Assembly: GCF_964204645.1 (NCBI RefSeq)
Contig: NC_134027.1
Location: 6,604,485 to 6,668,484, forward strand
Source of the DNA: Tubulanus polymorphus
Taxonomy: Eukaryota > Animalia > Nemertea
DNA length: 64,000 nt
Reading direction: 5' to 3'
Position numbers and translations under genes: made by a program
Notes under the pieces: model-generated
What the model saw: only the letters and a program-made list of their open reading frames with translations
What the model was told of the DNA's origin: nothing
Databases searched by the model: none
Shown here: positions 37,985 to 49,234 of the stretch, piece after piece
Layout: the number at the start of each line of letters is the position of its first letter
How positions within the stretch are numbered: the first letter of the stretch is position 1

Positions 37985-38190
37985 TATCAGGAGCAGCAGA
38001 GACAATAGTGAATCTTATACACACTGATTCAAGCGACAAAGCTAATGAATTATCTCATAAACACTGATTCAGGATAAACACTGTTTTAAAAGCAGCAAAG
38101 ACTATAGTGTATCTTATTAGGAGCAGCATAGATAATAGTGCATGTTATAAACACTGAAATCCAGGAGCGGCGAAGACAATAGCGTACTTC
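37985..38190 (+). repeat. Degenerate 40-50 bp tandem repeat (GAGCAGCA..GACAATAGTG..TTATAAACACTGA)
   Basis: 4-5 imperfect copies visible. Confidence 0.6.
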
Positions 38191-41100
38191 TGTAGTAAAG
38201 TATTGATTTTTTGCTTATCACCTTTTTCAAACCAGTCTGATGGATGATATAGTGTTTTCGAGGAAAGTATTTGATAATGTTTATGCAATGTGAGAGTCTA
38301 ATAAAAGCTAAGCTCCATTAATTCAAGATATTGGTCTTCGATCCATGGTTGATAGATAAGTCTAGTTAAGTTAGTCACTAGGGGTAAATGGTTGTGTTGA
38401 GTGCCTAGTTTTGACTCGTAGGTCTGTTGAGTTAACTCCTAAACTGAGATATAGTTTCAACATGAATTGTGAGTTTAATCTTCCAACTTACCATAGTTAA
38501 ACATAGTCAACTGTGGCTATTTGTCCGCGTACATATCACATAGTTAGGAAACAGAACATAACATTAGACCAGTGTTGTACAAATATTAACTATTTGCTGA
38601 ATTGTAGATTTACAAATTTGATGGCATTGATATTTTCGAAGGTAACCAATTTGAAAAATTTGAAACGAATCGTAGATTTCGATTTAAGCCTCCATCAATC
38701 TGTTTGATGATCATATCTACGTACTTGAAAACTAAAGCTTTATCTGAAAGGAGACCATTATTTACATTTGAGAGGTATAGCTAGGAATAACAAGGCATAA
38801 AGTTATAGCTAGGACTAATTTTTAACGTTTTAACATTGTTTATAGCTGTTTGAACTTCTTTTATTGTAATGGGTAAATCCATATCACGAGATGGCTCTCG
38901 TGAATAATCACTTAGCTTCAAATTGGGTGTATAATGATTATTAAGGAGTGGCAGTGAATCAGTAGCGCTTTCTTAAAATGGGCCCAGAACTTTACAGTGA
39001 AAAAATGCCTGCAGTTGTAAATAGAGGAGTATAAATAATACATAACTACAAACTACAAGTACATAAATTAATTCTAAAAAATAAGAAAAAACCAATAAAT
39101 AATGAACAGAATAAACAACAATACAAACAAACATACAAACAAACAACAAATTAATATTCTATTTACATGAAAAGGCATTTTTTCAAATATTTATCAACAA
39201 GGTTCTTCATTTATCGAACAACCTTCCCTAAGTATAGCGAAAACCCGAGATCTTTTCTGTTGTTATTCAAAGCATTCTATCTACTCAGTTATTGTAATGA
39301 ACGAAACAAATAACCATAAACCTTTACTAAATCGAAAACATTTTAAAAAATAACTGATATGATAGAATGCTTTGAATAACTGTGATCAAAGATCGACCCG
39401 TCCTTTCAACTAGCCGCGCTCAATCACTGCTGTGACTGTTTATTGTTATACATGGGTAGACTTACTATCTAAAATGTGGTACATACATTTTACTTTTTAG
39501 AAAGAATTTAAAACAGCTATAAACTTAAGTTATTGATGTTATTGATTAGTTACCGATTGTATAATTATGTTGAAGCTGCCAGGAAAAACGTCAGAATACT
39601 TAGTATGTAATGTCAAGGTGTTTGGAAATCTTTAAGACAAGGCAAAGTTGGCAAAATTCTAGTTTTCCAGTGAAAGTAATGATTAATTGATACTAAAGAG
39701 TTCCAGAGTGAATCTGAGTTTCTCATCTCTAGTTTTAATGTTAGCTTTTATGTTGGAGACTTATTGTAACACAGTTCACGTGTTTGTAAATTAGGAACTT
39801 GCATGACGATTCCTCGGTTAAGATATTATTGTTGCGTGAATAAAACGATGTACATTTTCATCATTCATGTTAAAACTTTTCAGTTAGGCCTAAGTTTTAT
39901 AGCAAAAATTTCACTTTGGTGCTTTTCAGTGGTTCACAAAATACTGATCTAATCAAGGCCCTGTCGAAAATAGCGAGAGCATAGAATAATTGTCCTAGCT
40001 TTGTTTTGATTATCAGTTTAACCGCGTCCGTGTGGGGCCTGTAATATCTGGACAAGAAGAATTTCTGATCTTTATAAAGAGTTGTATTTATATCTACTAT
40101 CAAGTTAAATAAAAAACAATTAAGAAGTTACCGAAGCTTCGTCAATCAAACCATATTTATTTGAAGATACTTGATTTATCTTAAATTGTGACGAAGAAAA
40201 ACCTTTTTAATAGTATGCAGGCTTCGATCTGAGGAATAAATGCCACTTGACCTTAGGGCAAGCATATACCGGTATGTAATATCACTTGCCCCCTCAAAAA
40301 TCAACTTGCTCTACATGAATAGTCCGATTGTGACACAATAATCCCTTGCATCGAGTGGGATAAAAGCTTTGAGACATAGAATTACACAAGCCCGGTGGAT
40401 GAGTGATTATAATAACCTTCATGCCCTAATGAAAATATACTTGTCCCGGGCAATTGGACTAGTGCTTAAATCAGACCCTGCTTTGTTTCAAATGTAAAAT
40501 TTGTGAAAAAGTAGTTAATAATGTTTGAAGAAATCTCTTAAAGACGAGGAAAATTTGGCAATGTTTTTAGTTTTCTAGTAATAATTAGGATTAATTAGTT
40601 AACCTTACGCTTTCCAGAGTGAGTGAATTTGTAGGTTTAATGTTTTTTGACGCCTTATAAAACGTTACCATTATGAAACCTAAACAATGTTAACCATTCA
40701 GCGTCATTTTACAAACGACAGCCGTAAATCGATGTGCAAAACGTCACAGGTCTATGTGTACACAAACAAGCTATCTGGCAAAATATTATTGACATAGATG
40801 TAGAATGGCTTCCTGTGATTATATAATGACCTATATTTGAACGTCGAAATGTTATATTGCATTGAATATCATTAGAAGACGTATTGTAATAGTAAAGGAT
40901 GTATGATTATATCAGAAGGGGCAGGCATAAATAGAAATGATAAGTAAATCGGATTATTCGGTTAAATGGCGGATGTATACACGATTTGGAAGTCTGATAT
41001 AAAAGTCAGACCCTGACGTGGGCATGCCGGTGGAATGACGAAGCTATCTACGATGTGTGTAGGGCCGGCGTGAATTTCATCAGCGGCTAAAAGCGGTCAA

Positions 41101-41254
41101 TATGAAAATGTGTAAACATATAATTTCAATATTCAAACGTTTTAGAAAATATGTTTGATATTAGGAGTATGCAGGTTTCGTGAGATTAGCAATTTATAAT
41201 AGCATAGCTATCATATACGGCTCCGCGTCCTCTGATGGCATGTGTATTAGGTGA

Positions 41255-41592
41255 CAATTCAATTCAATTCTTTATTGATCCTTATTACATTGAAATTTCG
41301 GGATAAAATTCCCAAATTCAATAAATACAAATTTTAAAATAAATTAATACAACATACATGACACACGGGTAATTCATACAGAACAACATAAGCATGTTAT
41401 TTTAAATGACAATGTCTACTTCAACCCACCCAGACTCAAGACTCTAGGATTTCGAGTGACAGCCAAACCCGTGGCCCGGGCCGGCTGGCTAGGCCACACG
41501 ATATGCTCGAAGTCATGATGAAGCAGACATCAGAAGAGCTCGTTCTTCAACCATGGAGGCAATGAAGTTGCAGACCAGCTTAGAGGCATAAG
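41255..41592 (-). mobile_element. 3' end of a non-LTR retrotransposon (CR1/L2-like), 5'-truncated
   Basis: The minus strand ends AATAAAG(AATTG)3, preceded by a GC-richer 3' region and a short terminal coding stretch (ASKLVCNFIASMVEER). Confidence 0.45.
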
Positions 41593-42287
41593 TAAATGAA
41601 GTCGGTCGCAAGTTCGCGATCAATTATTGAGAATTGTCAATAAAAAAATTTAAACCACTACTAGAGTCGAAGACCCGCTGTATCATCTACCCATCATTCC
41701 CCAAATTTCTTAAAACTTCGATTTCAAATTTGCAATTCCACATTAGCTTAGCCCAGAAATTATACATTTTTTTCGCAGGCGTCAAATAATTTTCTAAAAT
41801 TAATTTTCTTGTTTCTTGATAATTAAGATGTCCTCAATCTCGATGTCATTTGAAAAGTTGATGATGATAGATTCATATTTCATGAAATATAACAAAGTGT
41901 CGGTTATATTGACCTCATGAATTGTCAAATTCATAATCTTAGACTTTCAGACTAGTCCTTTTTTCGGTGTTTTATGGATCAAAATTTATAATTCTTTGTG
42001 TATTTTCCCATTGATGCAAATTGTATGAATCAGCTGTAGTGGAAATGTATCATATATAAACACTTATAAGTACCTTACATGTAACTTTTGTGATTTTAAA
42101 GTTAGTACAATTTCATACAGAGTAATAGAAATAAAATTGCTACATGTATTAAAATTTGAGAAAATAGCTAAAAGTTAATAATTTGATATGTGAAAATAAA
42201 CTGATGTTAAGAATGTAAATCAGATTGATTAATCCTACGCTTTCCAGAGTATTTGGCCAGGTTTATCTCTGGTTTTAGTGCGGGGGC

Positions 42288-42401
42288 CATGGACAATTGA
42301 GTCCATGGTTGGGCCATAGACTTTTTTGTCTTAGAGTCTATGTTTGGACCAAGGGGCGTATAAACACTCATTTATAGTTTATACGCCTATGGTGGTTGGA
42401 C
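42288..42401. repeat. Array of three tiny CA..TG hairpins separated by a 7-bp (G/T)TTGG(G/A)C spacer
   Basis: CATGGAC..GTCCATG | GTTGGGC | CATAGAC..GTCTATG | TTTGGAC | CAAGGGGCGTATAAAC..GTTTATACGCCTATG | ..GTTGGAC. Confidence 0.6.
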
Positions 42402-44456
42402 TAGTTGTTTTTTGAAAGTCCACGTGTTTGAGGAGCTTACGTTTTAATTCCTCGAGCAATCCTGGCATTTTGTATAATTGTTGTATGAGAATAAATATGA
42501 TTTTGAAATTTGTCATTCGTTGAGTTAAGCAACAAGTGTTACTAAAACGAAGCACTACTAAATAAAAAGACTATATGCACCAGAGAAAACCGACCAATTT
42601 ACGTTTCACATGCATTTGTTTATATCTGGTATTGCCTACACTAATTAGCTGAGGTGGTTGAATACACAGATAGCACCCCTAGTGATGATTTCTAATGAGT
42701 GCAATAGCTCATCGGACTTCGTTTTAGTCATGCATAGTTCTTACACCTCTAAGTGCATAGGTCTTAGTTTTAGTAGTGCATAGTTTTAATAACACCCCCA
42801 TTTCACTGCCCTTCTATTAAATTCACTGCTTTTCACGGCCGGTCCGTGAATCATTTACAAACCCTGGCAGTTGAATCAGATGCAGTTTTCTGGAAAACTT
42901 TTAACAAGGCCACCACATGAGGTACGTTTTTCATATACAGTACGCTCACAGATTACATCGCAGCGAGTCTTGTGGCGCGCACGTCTGTGAAGCACGGCGG
43001 AATATACGTGAAGGCGCATATTCTTCTGAACAAAAAGTAGTTTCAACGACAAATAGATTGATTCATGTGGATGCCCGAGGCCTTCTTTGATGGTAAATTA
43101 TGTGATATGATATAAAATAAGTGACGCATTCTGATGAATTCAATAGGGAAGAGGAGATGGAGAGGGGAGTCTGTAATTCAACGGGAAAAGTTTCAAAAGT
43201 TTGAAGAACACATGAAGATGCCAAAAGCAAGATGAGCTTAGATTATCCTGGTTGTACCGCCTGTTTTTGAATAATATATTCAGAAAGCACTACGATATGT
43301 TCTTTGTGTTCTCATCGGCTTTCATGTGTTCTAAATCCGCGCCTATCATGTCTTCTAATCGCCTATCATCGGTTCAGTCATAACGATTCTCATTTTTAGC
43401 GAATCAACCTGTCACCTGAGGTCCCACGTCATGTCAGGTCTTGGGCCCTGACATGACAGGTTCTGGAGACTCTGGAAACTCTGCAGACAGACCTAAATCA
43501 AGTAAATCGGAAGTCGTCGAACGATGCCTACGCAGATCTGTCACTACAGGTCTCCAAAAAACCCAAACTCATTACTATATATGGACGTAAGGGCGAAATG
43601 GTTATTCATATGTAAGACGTATTTAAGAAAATATGGAGTTGTATAGACAGTCTAATCCGTAACATAGAACTCAGTTCTACGTCCGTATTAACTTATTGAT
43701 AAATCAAAATTGGTTTCGAGCCGTTGTTCTGCAGACTTTACATACCGATATAGTACAATGGTACGATGTAGGTTGGTTCACCGTGAACGTGCGGCTAACC
43801 AGTGAGCCTACGGATAGAAATCTACAGTAGCCTCTATCTTTAACATTATATATTTTCATATAACTTAGCAAGAAATTTCTTAATATCAATCTTTTTTAAC
43901 ACTGGCTCGGGCCGTGCGCGAGGACAACAGTGCTGGACCTGGTGGGGACGCCGGATCGAAACGTGACCGCACCCCAGCGACTTCCTTCGTACCAGCTCGA
44001 AAATGGGTTGCAAAGTGTGCAAAGATTCACGAATATCTCATGTGACATCCTTTAACATAGTCAGAGCATTCAATCCTGGTGTCCAGCTGATTGATTCCCC
44101 CGCATGCTTCACCAAAATAACTTGAAAAACAACAACAAAACAATCGATTTGTTACGCATAGTTTTGTTTTATGTTCTTAATGCAATATGGTTCTACAAAC
44201 TGCAAGAGGATAGGTTACGACTTCCAGATAAATTCGTGAAAATCATTGTATCTTATAGACAAGCCAATGTCACCGGATCAAGGGACTGGTCACATGAATG
44301 ACGTCGCTATGTAAGTCAAACAGTTATCGTCCGGGTGGTTTGGACGATACCTCCGGCACGATTGGAACTAACATTTTCATATCAAGGGAATGCCTTATGT
44401 TATATACGGTTCAGCACGAACAGGGATGTGGTTAAATCAAATCGAATGAAAAACGT

Positions 44457-47160
44457 CTATTTTATAATCGAAATTTGTGTTAAAAAGTAAAAGATTATCA
44501 ATAAGAAAATACACTCGTACATCGCAAATGAAGATATTCCCATTCCACTGTGTACGGCGTACTCAGCGTTATTTGGTACTATAGTAGTACCGGTAGTTGA
44601 GATGGATTTAGTTTTGATATTGTTTTTGTGTTTGAATTCAACTGTAAAAGTTATCGTCTTTTTAACTTCCCGTTTGATAGCATAACACGTGTACGACGAA
44701 ATAGACCGTTTGTTTCCCAAGATGAGAAACTGCGCTGTCCAGTAAGAATTTCCACGACGTATCAATATAGTGTCAGACCAGATTGTCCGATTGTCGCGAG
44801 TCCTTTGCAAAGCTATTTCAGGTTTTCCGCCCGCAATCGCTGTACAATAAATACAATCCTCTGCGCCTTTTCTAATTTTCAAAACCCGAGTGTTTTTATC
44901 GTAGTTCCCCGAACAAGACTCCAAATATACAGCTTCGACAGCGGTTGGGGATTTTTTCAGATTTACCTCGGCGTACAAAGTATAATTTATATCTAAACCG
45001 TAACGTTTAAGTCGCGTATCTGTAATCGTCGTAAAATACAGACCCTCGTCTGCTCTGGAGAACCGATCAAACCTTAGCCGGGAAAATGCATCACGAGCGG
45101 TAGCATTCAATTTGGTTGATCCGATTTCCGAAACGGCACCGGGTGGTACAGTAACAGTAGCTGCTTGGTTGATGTTCTGATGTGATAATCGCCGTCGCAA
45201 AACTAAAGGCTTCCATTTAGATACTAGGCCCGAAATGGCCATTGAGGATGGATCGTTGATCGAGAATTCCACAACCAAACTAGCTTTTTTGCCGTAATCG
45301 TGGGTTTTGAATCTTTGCACCCGAGGTGACGCAGTTCGAACAAGTATTGGATCCTGCCTTCCGACTAGTAAGGGACTTAATGTTACAGATAAATCTACCT
45401 GGAAACTATAACATCCAGATGCAAATATCGAGATTCGCGTCGCCTCCTTATCCCGCCTCCCGACATTGTACATGTATCCCATGAAATGATATTTGTCGGC
45501 GATTTTCGTCAAAACAGTTTGCACGGCTCGATCTAGAAATAAATACAAATAATCACACGTTTTTATGGGGATCTTCTTTTTCATCAAAACATTTCCCGAA
45601 ACTTAAGAAAAAAACAAAATCATCGGGATTCACTTCATATCATCATTTGAATTTGATTCATCATACCGAGATCTACAACGCGATAAGACAGCTTCGGCTT
45701 GCGATGCAGTCGAGCTTGGCGATACCACTGCACGGTTACGCTGTCAGCATTAGTCTGGAAACGAAGGTCTATAGACGCCCTGCCGCCGACTTCCATTTTG
45801 TCCAACGTTAGAACCAGTATCTGTGGCAACACCACAGTGGGACCACAGTCATCCGTATTAGCGGGCTTAAAAGGAATAAAGAGATTTATCATCAATCACT
45901 TTGATTACAATGTTCATGTCATGTCGCTTTAGTGTCTTATCAGCCTAACCACAGATGTCACACCGCATGGGCGAGAATTTCAGAACTTCAAATCGCGAAT
46001 CAAATATTAAAAAGGTTTCAGATAAGATGGTCCGTATTGAGAGACACCTTATGATAAACATTGGCGCGATCCATTAGGTAATTGATGAAATGTTACGTTA
46101 CTCGCAGCGGGAATAGTGTGGGTATACTAATATATATTAGACCTTTTTGTCGATTGCATCGTTGGTTTTTAACGGCATAGCGTAACTTATTATGAATAGC
46201 AAATAGTACTATTACTACCGTATTAAGTGCAAATTCTGACTTGAACGAGATTGTGCCTGAGGCGTTCATATTCGACATTAAACTGGATTGAATACAGTAC
46301 TTTATAAATAGTACACGGGCGTAATTGAATAACGCGTCGTGTTGCGAAAAACACGAGATCGTGACCAATTGCTTCATGCAATGGATTTATGATGCAGATG
46401 TAATCGACGACGATGCATTATTTTCTCGCTCCTCCGCACGATTTATGTTCAGACTATAGCTAGAAAAAACCCCAACTTTATTCCCATTTTTTATTTCAGA
46501 GCTTGTCTTAAATATGATATATATACACGTAGACAACTAGAACGAACTTGTTCAAAGCTCGAGCGCTATACAATAGCATATATATTTTACTATACGTTAT
46601 TTATTCAATTGTGTACATACACGTTGCACGGTCTCTTGTTCAGTTCATGGAGCATTTTAATGTCGGCTTGATCGACATCATTTTGCTGTTTAAGTGCGAT
46701 TTAGGTATCTGGTGAAAATGCTTCGCCGAAAAACCCGTTATAAAATGCCAGTCGGAAAATCAGCAAAAGTGGTCACTCCCTTGATTAAATATTACTACCC
46801 TACGAGTGTACTATAATATTAAATTTATCAATCTGGGAGCAAATCTACGATAGCTTCTTGTTACTACAATGCAAATTAGCAACTTAATAGTTAGGCTTAG
46901 AATTTGAATTAGATTTCGGAGCCAGTTCCTTAATTAGTAAGATGGAGTCTGGAATTAATTCATGTAATATTTTTCCTTTCATGTATTTATTTAAGAGTTA
47001 GCGTCAAACGTAACTTTCAACGCTGTATATCTGGGCCCTGCGCTTTGAATTTATAATATACAAGTTTCAATTATTAAGTTGTCCATAACGTAAAACAGCT
47101 TACCTTGATTAAAAAAGCAGCTAGAATATAGGATAAAACTAGATACGAAGCCACGGCCAT
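44457..47160 (-). CDS. Orphan Ig-like-domain cell-surface protein with C-terminal hydrophobic (GPI/TM) tail; 5' exon structure uncertain
   Basis: Terminal exon 44457-45532 joins in phase to exon 45667-45865 (VVDL-D-RAV). Ig-like motifs VQWYR, RADEGLYF and CIYCTA..YTCYA; Thr-rich stalk and hydrophobic end. Candidate signal exon MAVASYLVLSYILAAFLIK at 47104-47160. The middle exons (46100-46690) could not be joined without a stop or frameshift. Confidence 0.6.
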
Positions 47161-48889
47161 ATTCGATGCTCCTCTCCTCGTTTTTTTAGATTTATCACCA
47201 CTTTAGTTAGATACGTAGTCTCTTTTCTAATCTACGCTAAAACTGCTGTAGACCGAAGCGAAGAACAAGCAACGAATTAAACTCGAACTCACTGCTTAGA
47301 TACGAACATTCTGAACGACGCATAGAATTCGTCTGCAACGTGCGTTCACGTCATTTACTTCGAAGGTAACGACACGACAGGCGAAAAACGAATGAATGTC
47401 CTGTCATCTAATTTCGTCGTATATCTTTACCAGAAAGTAATTAGCGCAATATGCCTTTGAAGCTGGATCATCTTCAAAGGAAAGAATTTCGATGTGTCGG
47501 AAAGCTGAAATATTCGACGCGTTATGTGGGCAGATTTTACGATTGTTGCTGTTCAGAGCTCCTTCCAACGATTTCCGCGTATAACTGTCGGATATTTCAT
47601 ACGTCTTTCTCTAATGCAAGTGTTGCTGCAATAAATCCTTCATTTTGTGTAATTGCAAAATGATGACGATAATAAACATTTAAGTAATTATTCATCCACA
47701 ATCAACACTGCCATCTGAACAACGGCACTAAATAGTAACGAAAAGTTTTATATGGGACATCTTTTGTTTGTTTTGCTAGTTTTATTTTGTTCCATATAGA
47801 TCTAATACAATCTGCTATGTTTGGGAATTTTTAAGGCTATTTCCACAATTGAAATATGTCCTATTATGCCTACATACATCATTTGTGACATCTACAGGCA
47901 TGATTGTTATTGTGTGGCTGGATTTCGGAGGCTCCGTAAAGTCTCTACTTGGTAGATGAATCCGCGCATGTTAGTAGCGGTCCGCCACCTAGTTTTACCT
48001 CGTTATCCTCATCGACAAAGCAAAATACGTTATCTCGCGTACGAAAAAACACTCGAACATTGCATGGAATCTTTAAATAAATTATTTATTCAACCAAACT
48101 GGTTTTGTTAATAAAACACAGTCATTAAAATGATTAATGAAAATAACATCGTATATTTAAATAAATATACTTAAGAACTTTACCAGTGTTCAACAATAAA
48201 CAGTTATCGACTAATTTCACAATTTCCATAAATCACATGTTTATATTATTTCAAGAACATTATTCCTGAAAAATGATAAAACCTAAATAATATGCAGAGT
48301 TCTAACTCGACACTCAAATCAAGCGTATTTAAAAGTTCTTAAAGTCTAAAATCGATCTAAAGTACCAAATGGGTTGATCTGATATATTCCATTCGATATT
48401 ACAATATTTCTTTCAAATTTACATATTTTGAGATGACGTTTGACATATTACAGATTTACAGAGAACGACGCCTTGCAACATAACGCAAACTATAATACCA
48501 CTTTACAATACTGTAGACGACATATTCGGAAAGGCAACGTACATGGTACAAATCATTTTAGTTACTTATTAAACCAACAAAATTATGAAAAATAACGCTG
48601 ACAAGATAGGCCACTTTTTATCATTGATCGACATTATTCCATTACGTTCACAACGGACAAGCTTATCATACAGTGACATGGTTCATGGAAATTCAATTTT
48701 ATCGTTGAATTGTCTTTCCATTCATTAATACCGATCTAATTATGTGACTATGTACATTTTATATGTTACCATTTCATGCAGATATGTCTATGTTTAAAGT
48801 TTTTTTATTTATTCATTTATATAACTACAGAGGCGCACGAGGCAATCTCACAAAATACCACATAACGTAAAGTACACATCTCAATCAAC

Positions 48890-48892
<3 letters not shown>

Positions 48893-48918
<26 letters not shown>
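48893..48918. repeat. (AT)n microsatellite
   Basis: atatat... run. Confidence 0.9.
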
Positions 48919-48923
<5 letters not shown>

Positions 48924-49234
48924 TAATATACGTATATGTTTAAATCACCAGAAATGAAATTGATCAGTAGGCTACAACTATACTGGCTGTTTAATATTGC
49001 ATAAATAATCGCAGATTGAGGAATCTACGAATGATATACATTAAATATATTATCGCCTTCAACGAAATATTTCTTGTAATTTCTTGTAAGTATTTACTTG
49101 ACTCTAATTCTTCTATGATGAATCAATCTCACAGCAGGAGAATGTATGATATATTCGATTTTTTTATTTCTCGTTCGTCTTTAATTCGAAGCTATTAGTA
49201 AGCAACGAGTTGTTTAATATCTATTAAAGTCTAA

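Larger units (their letters stand above)
35520..38320 (+). ncRNA. Putative spliced long non-coding RNA with tandemly repeated exons
   Basis: Promoter motifs, a first donor at 35555, eight repeated exons with stops in all frames, a terminal acceptor TTTGTTTCAG at 37790, and AATAAA at about 38300. Confidence 0.45.
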
